Assembly (NCBI RefSeq): GCF_964355755.1
Contig: NC_092676.1
Span: 29,034,871 to 29,098,870, forward strand
DNA from: Antedon mediterranea
Lineage: Eukaryota; Animalia; Echinodermata
Direction: 5' to 3'
DNA length: 64,000 nt
A model generated the notes under the pieces. That model had not been told where the DNA came from and did no database searches. It worked only from the letters and a program-made list of their open reading frames with translations. The translations under genes were made by a program, and so were the position numbers. Shown here piece after piece: positions 52,801-64,000 of the stretch. Position 1 is the stretch's first letter. Each line of letters begins with the position of its first letter.

Positions 52801-55800
52801 GACTTCACATGCAATACATTACAGTGTATCATAGAATGCGGCTATGATACTGTACAAATTGTGTGCCAAACATCAGCCAACAAAAATTCTAAAGAAGGGA
52901 ATCATACCAAACATAATACTGTATACTACTAATGTGTACTATACAGTATCCAGTATATTTCTTACCTATACCCATTTTTCAAAATGATGACGCCCAGATA
53001 TTCGGTCAAATAACGGTGTAATTCTTCCCAAATTCCTTGCCCTAGCTACATCTGATTTAGTCTTCTGATACTAGTCATAATCCTAATCGATCGTAACATT
53101 TTATGCTTGCTTATTGCCAGAGGTACTACTATACTACTTACATTCCTTAGGTGTCTGAGTTAAGGTAAGGTAATCAATACATACATCAATAACAGTAGCT
53201 GTATTTGAATCAACGATGCATAAAGTAATCTAAAGCTCTGTCTACACGATCAAAAACCATTTTATTTTGTCATCAACCTTTGGATTTATAGAATATAAAA
53301 ACAACCACCTTGATGATGTCAACTGTTTTTATTTACAGTCACACTTGACTGCCTCTCTTTATGAGAAGATGATCTGATTATTATGTCCTTTTACAATTTT
53401 TCAAGTGCATATAAATTAATTAAACCATACAATCACTCAGCTAAATCATAAAAATGCACAAACCTTTCTACTGTGATGACTTACCAAATTCGGTATAGAA
53501 ACAACAACTGAGCAAACATTAGGAATAGGCCCTCCATAGACCCACAGTAGCCAGCAGTGCCTACCAGATCAGCACACCGGGAGACGACCCCCTACTCTTT
53601 TCGAATAGTGTACTAAGTTTTTTAACGTATGCTAATACTATATGTACACAGGACCAACGGCGTTACATCCCATCCGAGGAAGGATGTTGTGTCCCTATCA
53701 TCCAGTATATACAGTATGCCAGCAAATGCTATAATCGCATCTGTCCATCTGGTTACACTTAAAATACAGAACACACAAAAATATAAAATATTGTAAAATG
53801 TGCTCCTTACCATTTCCTGGGCTGTGGTGGTGACTTGTCAGACTGTCGTGGTGATCTCGTCTCATGGCTGCCAGACGTGGTGATCGGCTCGGTGTTCCGC
53901 CACTATCACTTATACCTGAAAAATATAATAAGAGAACTTTTTTAGAATACAAAAAAAAAAAAATGAACTAATTATCTTGCGCTTAGTTTTGGTGTTTTAT
54001 ATGATTGTCTCAAGGGATATCTTCGGAATCCACAAAATCTTTCCCGTAATAAGAAGTGTCCCCTGAATTGCATTCCAAAGAAGGGGTTCTGCTGCAAATA
54101 AAATGAAAATAGTTTTTTAATGGTAATGCTTTATAGAATAATCTTTAAATCTATTTAATCCTAATGAACAGGATATTACTTAAATATTTTACTACCTTAA
54201 TCCTAAATCTATTTTCTCGAAATATAACAATAAGTGTACAGTACAATGCATTGGTTCAATGCTGCCCAATGGAGCACAACATTTGGTTTGATTATTAAAC
54301 CAGTCTGTATGTATGCCATCCAAGAAAGGAAAAACAAACTAAAAATGTTATTAATCTAATCATATTAATCTATCAGTTCAATTTGTTGTTTTTACTTTCA
54401 GTTCTTTTTTGTAAAAATAGCAACTATTCTCACTCTCAATAACTCAATCAATTAAACAAAAATTAAAACTGATGTCTTTCAAATATCATCACAGTTGAAT
54501 GAGTTTTTCTTGTCAGATCTCTATAACATTATCCATCAAAAAAAGATATTCTTCAATATCAACTCAATGTAAAATATCAGATGAGATCTCTTTTACAACA
54601 CAGTACCAGGATCAGCTGATTACAGGATTTCATAAGACTCTCCTTAGCCTATACAGACGGAGGCTAACTTGGTACCTGCTAAGTTTAATAGCAACTAGAG
54701 TAAAAAAGGTGCAATATCTCTTACAATTACCAGGATGAACTGACTACAGGGTTTAAGACTCCTTATAAAACAAATTCTGCTTTTATACCTTCATACGGAG
54801 GCTAACTTGGTACCTGCTAAATTAGTAGTATAGAGTATAGAGTAGTATAGTGAAGGTGATGACATAGCCTTGATGAAATAAAATTATATTGATTTTTTAG
54901 ACTGAATTGTATGCATGAATGAGCACAATACAATTCTGTTGTCAGCAATTGTGTAATCAGTTTTAGTAAGGAAGAACACAGTGCAGATGAAATCAACTTA
55001 TGCAACCATGGCAACCAAGAATACTGCACAAAACATGTACAGGAGGAGGAAATTACTGGTAGTAGGTGATTTATTGTTTTGAGGAGACAACAATGATGAA
55101 TGGTCATACATTGGTGACTGATGGCTCAGTCCATTCAACCATGGAGGTGGTGGTGACTATGATGTCATTGTCATGTTGATAAAAGTAACATAAATTGAAT
55201 CGGTAGAATCCTTTTCAAAATATTATTTCAATTATGGTTTATTCCGATTCAAACACAAAGCTCAATTATGTAACTAAATTCAATTATGCAACATATAAAT
55301 TATACAACAAAAGCACAACTGAATAAATCAGAATAATTTTCTTTTCAACAGACTCCCGAATAGACTATTATTATTTTTTAGCCACAGTACAATACTGGCT
55401 GGCTGAAAACTATCTCCTAAATCTTACATGACTCAAAAAGTAAAGCAAAATAACAGGTATATCGAGGCCCATTATTACAAATTACAACCTGCCGTACCTT
55501 AAATGAGGTAGTCCTACAATTACTAAATAAACCCCTCTGTACCTTAATTAAGTGAGGTAGGCCTACTATTACTAAATACACCCCGCCGTACCTTAAATGA
55601 GGTAGTCCTACTATTAATAAATACACCCCGCCGTACCTTAAATGAGGTAGTCCTACTATTACTAAATACACCCCGCCGTACCTTAAATGAGGTAGTCCTA
55701 CTATTACTAAATACACCCCGCCGTACCTTAAATGAGGTAGTCCTACTATTACTAAATACACCCCGCCGTACCTTAAATGAGGTAGTCCTACTATTACTGA

Positions 55801-56003
55801 ATACAACCCGTTGTACCTTAAATGATGTACAGGTAGGCCCATTATTACTAATTACACCCCGTACCTTCATAATCCGACTCGTCATCGCGGTGACCCTCCA
55901 CCTCCTCTATCATTAGTGCCAATCGCTCTTGCCATTCCTTAACGTGATTAATGGGCACACCTTTGCGCGCCTCTGACCTCCGACGTACCCTTCTTCTTAT
56001 CAT
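28836..56003 (-). CDS. OSBPL8: Oxysterol-binding protein-related protein 8 (ORP5/ORP8 subfamily: PH domain, ORD, C-terminal TM anchor)
   Basis: Exons 56003-55865, 53915-53811, 40779-40697, 38834-38643 ([18 protein letters not shown]), 36476-36396 ([18 protein letters not shown]), 35211-35089 ([13 protein letters not shown]), 33914-33662, 33310-33156, 32638-32460 ([18 protein letters not shown]), 32229-32148, 32020-31922 ([10 protein letters not shown]...AEQ), 31791-31596 (VSHHPP), 31366-31269, 31033-30950, 30808-30773, 30656-30556, 30288-30103, 29750-29452, 29098-28836 ([21 protein letters not shown]). All phases are compatible; the N-terminal exons are less certain. Confidence 0.93.
29227..29372 (+). 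mobile_element. Short hAT-like non-autonomous element
   Basis: TIRs CAGGGCCGTAGCCA / TGGCTACATCACTG. No clear TSD, so the superfamily is tentative. Confidence 0.6.
30343..30450. mobile_element. MITE family A
   Basis: TIRs with TTA target duplication. Confidence 0.8.
32317..32438. mobile_element. MITE family A
   Basis: TIRs with TAA target duplication. Confidence 0.8.
33980..34214 (-). mobile_element. tRNA-derived SINE, family B
   Basis: Reverse complement matches 9503-9712. Confidence 0.65.
39993..40231. repeat. 30-bp minisatellite, ~8 copies
   Basis: cttattattacatgaatactgtacttagaa. Confidence 0.95.
40479..40621. mobile_element. MITE family A
   Basis: TIRs with TTA target duplication. 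Confidence 0.8.
41103..41261 (+). pseudogene. Ectopic exon-intron-exon fragment of the plus-strand gene inside an OSBPL8 intron
   Basis: Matches 22148-22308: exon 5 end, GTAAGT, diverged intron, AACAG acceptor, and GTAAAAGTCAGAATGGTTCA.CTTTCGACTCTGATGAAGAAAGGGAAATGT. Confidence 0.9.
41619..41774. mobile_element. MITE family A
   Basis: TIRs; internal tandem atcactaccatattt repeats. Confidence 0.8.
42461..42562. repeat. 15-bp minisatellite, ~7 copies
   Basis: caatgtgggatcata. Confidence 0.95.
42780..42858 (-). CDS. OSBPL8: Alternative first coding exon of OSBPL8
   Basis: ATG at 42858, [29 protein letters not shown]|GTAAGA phase-1 donor compatible with exon 40779. Confidence 0.55.
44215..44524. 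repeat. 31-bp minisatellite, 10 identical copies
   Basis: ttgagacgccactcacagtactgcactcaac. Confidence 0.95.
44614..44929 (+). mobile_element. tRNA-derived CORE-like SINE with L2-type 3' tail, apparently full length
   Basis: A box tggcgcagtg, B box ggttcgaatcc, CORE-like ggcaagatacttt..tgcctctctccacccaggtgtataaatggg, tail tgtaaagcgcctttgag..ggcgctatataaat(tat)n. Confidence 0.85.
47018..50476. repeat. 32-bp minisatellite, ~108 copies (3.46 kb)
   Basis: cgcataataatgcagctaactgtagt(c/a)atcag; line pattern recurs every 480 bp (15 units). Confidence 0.98.
50600..50845 (-). mobile_element. Inverted, 3'-truncated copy of the CORE-like SINE, interrupted by a small insertion
   Basis: Reverse complement of ~44614-44769; an 18-bp duplication aagtaaagtgtcttgctt flanks 50668-50736. 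Confidence 0.8.
51043..51154. mobile_element. MITE family A, degenerate
   Basis: Degenerate TIRs, TAA flanks. Confidence 0.65.
52341..52710. repeat. ~66-bp minisatellite, ~5.5 copies
   Basis: cagtatcataggcaaattctgtaatacagtgtaacatactgtactgtatcacatgtaccgcctata; related diverged units at ~40960-41100. Confidence 0.9.
53520..53690 (-). mobile_element. Deu/Nin-domain SINE fragment
   Basis: Reverse complement reads cctcggatgggatgtaacgccgttggtcc...ttcgaaaagagtagggggtcgtctcccggtgt. Confidence 0.6.
55470..55870. repeat. 45-bp minisatellite, ~8-9 copies, abutting an OSBPL8 splice donor
   Basis: ccgccgtaccttaaatgaggtagtcctactattactaaatacacc. Confidence 0.92.
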
Positions 56004-57955
56004 CTCTTGTCAATTGCGGCATTAAGTTACGCTACAAAACCTAGGCCTATGTTAGCCTGTTTGTGCTGTTACAACTACAGGACCTTCACCCTGCTGTAAC
56101 TACCTACCAAATGATTACTACCCTGCTGCCCTGCATGAATAGCAATATTAAATCTACCACACTTGTTTTAAATACAAAAGAACTTTAACCTCTTAACTGT
56201 ATTGTAAACAACCTTTTGTGTGTTAAGGGACGCTCTCAAACTTTCTATACAAATTTCTGTTTTTAATGAACCAACATTCATCAATTTTTTTTTACTTCAC
56301 TGATTTCTATTTTTGTGAAAAAATAAATTGAGGAAAAGGGTTTACCAGTGGTCCATTAAATTATGAATGAATTTCTTGAAATTACCAACATTAATCAGAC
56401 TATTCTAATATTAATCAGTACGTTAATGTTTTTTATAGGAAAGTTTAGGATTTATTATTAATAAAAAGTAGTAACCAATGATTACAAATTTGCCTGCTGG
56501 CCATATTTTTAATATATGAAAGCATTCATTTGTATTTTTTAATCAACCTGACAATGCAAGAGTTTGGCAACAATTATTCTAAAAAAATGTGCATATTAGT
56601 ATTTTATTTGGAAACAAAATTCATCAACATTTAACATACATAACATTGAACAATATCTTTAGTGAGAATCAACAAAAACTATCAAATATGCGACAAAATA
56701 TATTAAACAGTGCAAAAAAATGATATTCAAATAGCTGGTGACAATTAAAATGCTTACATTGAACAAATTATGTGAAATATTTTCATTTTTTTTACTACCA
56801 ATACTTACCACTAGGTGCTTGGGTGACTTTATAAGTATATTGGCCACTCTATACATCAATGAACAGAGAGTAAGCAAAGTGTAAGGACCATCAGTGGAGA
56901 AGCAGGCCAGGCAGTAGATGAAATAAAAATGTTGTGAGTAGTCAGGCAGACCAGCAGAGATCCCATCAATGAAAGTAGTCAAGCAATGTATGAAAAGCAG
57001 ACAAAGTACGGAACAATACAGTACAGTGTTTGAAAATTCAAAACAAAGAAAAAAGTGTACAAAGTTAGAACAATTTTTCAATTTCAGAAAAACAGTACAG
57101 TAAACATGTCAAAACATGGAGGTAAAATAAATGTTTATTTTTTTGCCTCTATGGTCAGAAGAAGTCACTCAGAAATTAAAGATGTTGGGATTAACGATTA
57201 ATTTAAATGTCAACAATTGGTTGAATGTTAATTTCCAAGATAAACACTAATATTCACAAGAACAATTCAATTTTTTAAAGAAAAAAATTTATCAGGAATT
57301 TGAAATTTTGTTTTACTTGTGAAGATGAAAGGGTTAAGATGTCTTTAATTGGAGAGTGACCAATACAAAAAAATATTAGCTTCGAAATTTTCTAAACAGA
57401 TAATATTTTTAAAAGTGCTAATAAGCATGCTATGAATGTTTAAATAGTATTCTAATCAAACATACTTACTTCTGCTAAAAAACTGAGAACATGATTTGCT
57501 TTTTTTAAGTTTAGTCTGAGCTTTACGAAAGCGAAATGATGGCAGCTGATTCATTTTTTAAAATACCGATTATAGCCAAATAATAATGTCCTAGTTTGTA
57601 GGTCCATCTACCTTGTTATGAAAGGTATAGTCGGACTGACATGGACGGAGCCAAATTCAATCAATTTATTGAAGAGCGTGTACAATAGCATATTGTTTCT
57701 CCAACCATGAGGATGATGTTAACTAAGCATCCAGCTGTAAAACTAGTTAATATTCACAATATGTCACATGTACTGTAATCTGCCCATTTCACGCAGATCA
57801 TTAAAAGCTTATGAATGTTTTACATACCGCTACTTTAAAACAAAGCACTGTACTTAAGGATTGACTAAATTACTGTTCTACTAAATGAGCTGCTATCATG
57901 ATGTGATTATACCTATGCTTTGTATGGTAGGTATATATTAGAGATACTGTTATTA

Positions 57956-58054
57956 AGCTCTGTCTACACTATCAAACTAGTTTGACAAAAAAGTGTGATG
58001 TGAAACATAACATAACATTTATTTGTCACATAAAGTTTGATAGTATAGAGAGCT
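57956..58054. mobile_element. MITE family A
   Basis: TIRs with TTA target duplication. Confidence 0.8.
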
Positions 58055-59172
58055 TTAGTTGAACCAATTTTAAGCAAAACACACAAAAACAGGGTTCTGC
58101 ATTTAATTTCATTTTTAAATGTAAGGGAGAAAGTAGGGATATTAGGGGAAACTTAATTCAGAAAAACAGCAGGGTTGAAGATCAGTATTTAGTGTGTAAA
58201 AATATCACACATCATCCCAATTATAATGTAGTCTGTTTATTGTGAAACTCTATTGTGAATTATGGCTTGAAATTTACATATTATGCAATACTGTGCGTGT
58301 GTGGAAATGATTATTAAAGGCCAATATAGAGGGGGCTATAATGATATTTGAATTAATCAATTAATTTTATTTATTTCTGCTATTTGATATGAATTAAACT
58401 ACGTAGAATAAAATAACATTTTAACATTTAGGCCTATAATGATTTTTTTTTTGCGGTACTTAAGTAAACATTAACTTCTTAATGTAAGCAAGTAATAAAT
58501 ATTATTAATAAATAATATCCATTTTTTTAAAAGGTAAATAAAAAGGGTAATTGCAATTTTAGCATAAATATTGAGCTTTCATATATTTTTTATGACATGA
58601 ATCATGATTCAAAATAAATCGTATCTTAAAATTATAAATTAAAAGAATAAATTTCCAATCTTATATTTGGTACAAATATCGTCAATCCAAAGTTTAATGA
58701 ATATGATTGCAATTTCAAATGTAAATAGGCCAGATCTTATTCTTAGGCCCCTAGGATTATTAATATTATTATTTAGGCTATTTAATATTTAATAAATATT
58801 TAAACTTATAAAAATAGGCCTAATAAATTTGCAATCTATCATGTAATGTTATTGTTGTATAAATGTACACCACTAATCATTTTTATTTTCCAAAATTAAT
58901 TGTTTCATACACTTTTAGACTGCAAATCATTAAAAATTTGATAGGTACTACTAGGCATCATAAATCTTAACTGCATCTCCTTTATAATTAATTAGCAGCT
59001 AGGCTAGCTGCTGCGCACACATCTTGCCCTTCTGCCTGCCGCCGCCAACTTACTTTAGTTTGGCTACCTCTAGCCTATCTATAAGAGGCCTAGAATATAC
59101 CGGATATTTATAGACTTAATCATACAACATAAATTAAATATTTATTTAGATGATAAGATTGAATAAACTCAC

Positions 59173-59217
59173 AACAATATCTGATACTTCTTTATCGTGT
59201 TTATCAACTGCTTCCAT
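59173..59217 (-). other. OSBPL8: Candidate most-5' exon of OSBPL8
   Basis: ATG...MEAVDKHDKEVSDIV|GTGAGT next to a CpG-rich promoter-like region. Phase 0, so it cannot join exon 53915 in frame; may be UTR or splice to 38834. Confidence 0.35.
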
Positions 59218-59219
59218 CG

Positions 59220-59780
59220 CATTTAAACAATGTCACACGAACTCTAGGCCGACAAGATAAATAAAAAGATAATTTTCTTTTTAAGTACCGTAATAAATTA
59301 CAGTATGGAACGCCTTTGTCGCCTTTTGTGTGTCACAATAATTTGTGGCTTCAATTCTAACCTCTAATAGGCCATAAGCAGTAAATTCTAACGTTTCATC
59401 TCGTTCCGATGTCATGGATCTACAATTTCTTTACATATTTAGAATAATAATTTTATAAATAACAACATATCAAAAGTTCTCCATAATCGTGTTAGACAAT
59501 TTTGAGAAATTACTGTTTTATTTTGGTACTTTATTTTAATATACACCGCGTGAGTGATTTGGTCGGGCCGAACGTTACACGTTCAAATTATCCGCAACGT
59601 CTTAAAAACTGTACCACGTGATCGTATTTCACCAATCATGCTCTGTTTACAGATGAGGGGGGAATCCCCAAAACTCACACACGGCAACGTCACACGTGGA
59701 CAAAAATATTCAATCATGATGAATGGAGCTAGACGTGGAGGAAAATTTGTTTGATTCCCCACCGAACAAATGCTACTGTA
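59220..59780. promoter_or_regulatory. Probable OSBPL8 promoter region
   Basis: Local CpG enrichment, two CACGTG E-boxes (~59615, ~59693), CCAAT at ~59632, flanked by TAGGCCTA-type clusters. Confidence 0.4.
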
Positions 59781-61454
59781 AACGAAGAAATGATGCATCT
59801 TATGATCATCCTATTGTATTGAAATAGTCTCCTGCTCATATAAGAAATGGGATTTTTAGAATGTTACCACTTAAACCAGTGTGCTATATTAATAATATTC
59901 GTACAGAAAGGCTAGGCTAGCTAGCTACGTCTTTAGGCTCTAGCCTAAAGGCTTAAGGTAGCACACTGGCCTAGGTCTGGAGGTGTATACTAGGCTACTC
60001 TCAAGATAGCATAGGCTAGGTAGGCCCAGCAGCAGCACAGTACAGTTAGGCCTGCTACTAAACTATAACTTAATGGGCTATTATTAAGTTAAAACGGCGA
60101 CAAACGAAATACAAAGACACAGGTGAGGATAGCATAATTTTAGTACATTTTGAGCAAACATAATAAATACACATTAAAATTAATATATTATTATTTATTA
60201 TTATTAATAATTACAATTGTTTGAAATAATTAATTTGGTCTGGCCTAGAGTAAGCAGGCTTTCCCTATACTGTACCTAGGCTATCCTATTTAGTATTATG
60301 CATTCATTTTGATGGCCTGGTCCGAAGACTAGGCCTAGGCCTAGTATTCATACATCAGCCCGGTATTATTTTTATTTATAAATGCTTAATTTTAATTAAA
60401 AATAATTTATTTCATTTCAACTGTATCATTTCAATTCAATTTATATTCAATTATTTATGTCTAGGTTGTCTAGTGGAAAGGAGGCACAAAAATGCTGAAC
60501 ACGTTCACTGATTCTGGTAAGTTTTGGATCCTTTTTTAATGTAGAGATGAGAAATGCCAAATGATTTATGTTTTGTTATAATTATATACAATAGTAGTAA
60601 AATTAGTAATGAATGCAAGAAATAGCTGAAAAACATCCATTACTTTAAAAATGTTTTATATACCAGGTTGCATTGTCAATAAACACTATATAGTAATGGA
60701 AAGTGTGTGGTAGAGTAAGTAAAGTTGAAAATGTTTCAACGTTTCTGTGTATGGTTTACCACAAATCTGAACTAATTTTTAAATATAAAACCACAAAGAT
60801 TCATTGTAATTTAATAATATTCAGTTTAACTAAAATATTAAGTAATCGATATAAATTAGATAATCTATTCTTGATTATTTGTTACAGAAATGATACCAAC
60901 TTCAAAACAATTGTCATCATCTTGAATTTTTCATAAACTTCAAAACCATCAACTGGCTGAATGTAAAATACTTACTGCAAATGTTGCTGAATCTATGTTT
61001 AATTGTACCTACCTACCACGTAGTATGTACATACTGTATATGAAGGATATTCCACATAGTAATTATTAATTAGTTAAAGTATATTTGCTATTTCCATTGT
61101 ACACTGGCCATGCCGCACCTGAAATTGACAACTTTTCTACTTGACTACTAGTTATGCTGGTACAACGTATCTAGAGAAGAGTAGGATTATATACATTGTA
61201 TATTGGGCAACATGTAGGGTTGTAAAAAAACACAAATCCAAAAGAAACAAAAAAAAAATAAATGAAAATACATTACAAGGTATTTGTTGTATATTGTGTG
61301 TATGTCCATCTCGTATCATTATCAATAATAATAGTTCTCTCCACAAGACTTACATTCATGTTATCAATATAAAAACAGTAAAAATGGGCTGACAGGCCTA
61401 CTTATCTGGTGTTTCACAGAAAAAAATGGGTTGTTTTTATGGAAGCTCCTGGCC

Positions 61455-62150
61455 TAAATTGGCACTAAAAACTCATAAAAAATGCAATATTTAAGTTACA
61501 ATAAATAAGTTATTGCATAATCATTTATTGTTTGTGTTGAAAATTTACTCAGATGTCACTAACCTACTAGCATACCCATTGCATGAATATAAATATTATT
61601 ATGGCAAGTCATTTTCTAAGAAATCATGTAGGCTTACGTACTCCTCAAAAACAAATAAAACATCAAAATTATCTATAAAATTAGCAAATTCTCAGCTGGT
61701 GCAGTGCATCTTCCTATATAAAAAAAATCATCCTATATAAAAAAAATCATCAAGCTGGTTTGGTTGTTTATCAACCCTCTCGGGTAGTTGTACAGAAAAG
61801 GCATAGTATTTATTCAGGCGCCTTTTACGGTTTGAGTCGAGTTCACACAAAATTGGCACTAAAAACAAAAAAAATGCAATGTAAGTTACTATCATATTAT
61901 TGCATAATAATTTCTTTTGCGTTGAAACTTCACTTGTGTGTCACTAACTCACTAGGATACCCATTGCATGAATATAAATACATAGTGAGAGTTGATTATT
62001 AAAATATAACTGCTCAAAAAACGACTAAAATATATTAAAATTATCTATAAAATTGGCCAAATCTCAGTTTTTGCATCTTCATAAATAAAACCTCCCTGAA
62101 GCTGACAAGCTGAAACTTTGAATCTTGTTTAACAACCCTCTCAAATAGTT
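61455..62150. repeat. Diverged ~395-bp direct duplication, probably inside an old non-autonomous transposon
   Basis: aaattggcactaaaaac...gtcactaac..tacccattgcatgaatataaata...aaattatctataaa occurs at ~61455-61780 and ~61850-62150. Confidence 0.65.
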
Positions 62151-62954
62151 GGGAAAAAAATATAAATATGGTATGTCAATTAGTTACGAAGATATTGTGT
62201 CTTAAACATCTTGAAAAGTGCAATTACAACTAAATAATTGTAATTTTTCAGTTTTCCTCACATACAAAATACTTATTTTTTAAATTTTAAATTTTGGATA
62301 AGTGTTCACAATATACTGGACTACTCACAGAGAAAAGACAATTGCATTTGGACAAAGACTTTTAAAGATATTGGCCCATAAAAGTACCTCCAGACCTCAA
62401 AAAGTGCCTTTTTTGCAGTAGTGGGGTACCTTTGAGAGGCCATTGCTCAAAAGTGTACAAGTATTTCATGGAGAACTTTTGATATAGTATGTGTAACATA
62501 TTCATTTCACAATATCAACTTTCAAAATGTAGATCCAAGAGGTGGGAACGAAATCCATGTTCTAGGCATCTTTTGAGCTACTGCTTATGGCCTATAACTA
62601 AAGAATACTGTAATTACTTTATAATAAACATAAAAATAAAGAGGAACACAAAAGATAATATGTTTATCAGGAAAAGTGAGGACAGCTCTTTCCTGCATTT
62701 ATTTTAATCATGGAGGTTTCCTCCATGTTTTAACACAGTACAAAAATTAATATATGAAAATATAGGATATAGTAATACAGTACATAGCTTCTATTCTTAA
62801 CATTCAAGTTCAATTTTAATCACTTATACCTTCACTATCTACTTTATAGAAATAATTTTCACAGTTTTTATTGAATTAAAATTTGTATTAAAAAAATACA
62901 GAATTCCTCAATTAGCAAGCTGTTGTATACAATGTTGTAGACAGAGGGCAGTGT

Positions 62955-63698
62955 TCACTCAGCTGTTTGCTCATTTTCAATAAATATATCTTTAAGCGAA
63001 ATTGATTTAGCACCAATAATGTCGGTCTCCTCTCCGTCTTTCTTTAGTTTTGGTGGTTTTTTATTCCTAATTTTAGCCGGGGCTGACATGCAGAGAGAAT
63101 CTTTGTCAAAGTATAGAGGAACAACACCAAGATCTCCGTCAAATCTGTTTTTTGCAACCTAAATGAAAAAAGATTGTTAGTATATTTTGCATTTATGATT
63201 CTAATTAAAGAAACTTTCATTTTTATTTCATTTATTTATTTGACCAACAAACCATAAGATTAAATATACAGAGATGAATTAGTCAGGGACTGCTAAAGTA
63301 AATAAGATTACTGTAACTACAAGAGTCAACAGTTCCATGATCTTAACTAGAATAAATTTATAATGCAGCTGCCATTCAGGCACTGAATGTTTGTCAGTAT
63401 ACCATACGAGAGTCATGTGACACTTTCCAATTGTTTTTGTTTTTTTTATTTATCTGTTTTTGTATATCTCAGAGCAAACATAATGTCTATGTATATTTTA
63501 TATGCAAATGACAATAAATGGAAGTGATTTTTCACTGATGAATGAATGACTGAATATGCCGTGTAATACCTGAATGTACTTCTTGCCTCTCACAGACGTC
63601 AACCTTCTATCTTGAAGGATTAGAACGTTGTCTGCTTCTTGACTTGCCTTGGCACTACCAAATATGGAGGCAGTTTGCAGCTCATCCGAGTCTTTTTC
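62955..63698 (-). CDS. TWNK: Twinkle mtDNA helicase, last two exons; gene begins beyond the right edge
   Basis: Exons 63698-63570 ([33 protein letters not shown]...KYIQ) and 63158-62955 ([17 protein letters not shown]...*). These are the SF4 helicase C-terminal motifs of Twinkle. Confidence 0.95.
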
Positions 63699-64000
63699 CT
63701 GCAATTGATAAAAAATAAATTACCATGACTCCTACCAAGGTGATATTTAAGAGTCATATATAGTGTTTCAATTTAAAGTATTGCCTAACTAGAAACGGTA
63801 GGAATAGCACCATGGACGAGCGCTACTATAGAGATTACAAGGTCAGATCCCAAGGTCATTATATCATACGTTCACACTGGCACGTCAATTTCCACTTAAT
63901 CTAAATGTTCACATACTGTCGATGAGTAACAGTCGACTACGACCCATGTGTACGTGACCGTCGTGTGCACATTCACTCAATTTAAAAGTCCATGTTGAGA

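Noticed and set aside
55417-55885. 141-aa and 113-aa repetitive ORFs
   Set aside because: Products of the 45-bp minisatellite.
56659-57081. 140-aa hydrophobic ORF
   Set aside because: Composition is typical of AT-rich intron read-through; no recognisable motifs.
57612-57735. Extra OSBPL8 upstream exon
   Set aside because: Plausible splice signals, but no frame compatible with the neighbouring exons.

Overview
AT-rich, intron-rich animal genomic DNA (invertebrate; SINE types and gene style suggest a marine deuterostome such as an echinoderm, which is inference). Four protein-coding genes were rebuilt by hand from phase-consistent GT-AG exons. (1) 5' part of MADD/DENN on the minus strand (ATG 18556, continuing off the left end). 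(2) An uncharacterised ~448-aa plus-strand gene (19453-25972), head-to-head with MADD, with a disordered N-terminus and a caveolin-like amphipathic C-terminus. (3) A complete OSBPL8/ORP5-8-type lipid transfer gene on the minus strand (stop 28836; alternative first exons at 42.8, 56.0 and possibly 59.2 kb). (4) The last two exons of the mitochondrial helicase Twinkle (minus). Introns carry many non-autonomous elements: a Tourist-like MITE family (~12 copies), a 5S-derived SINE, tRNA/CORE- and Deu-domain SINEs, a Ginger-like TIR element, tiny P-element-like footprints and several minisatellites including a 3.5-kb 32-bp array. The standout observation is a 2167-bp insertion (23325-25491, TSD TCTG) whose ends resemble an asymmetric pair of V(D)J recombination signals: CACA(C/T)TC heptamer, 21-bp or 11-bp spacer, identical ACAAAAAGT nonamer. 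Most short ORFs in the supplied track are spurious. No database searches were run.
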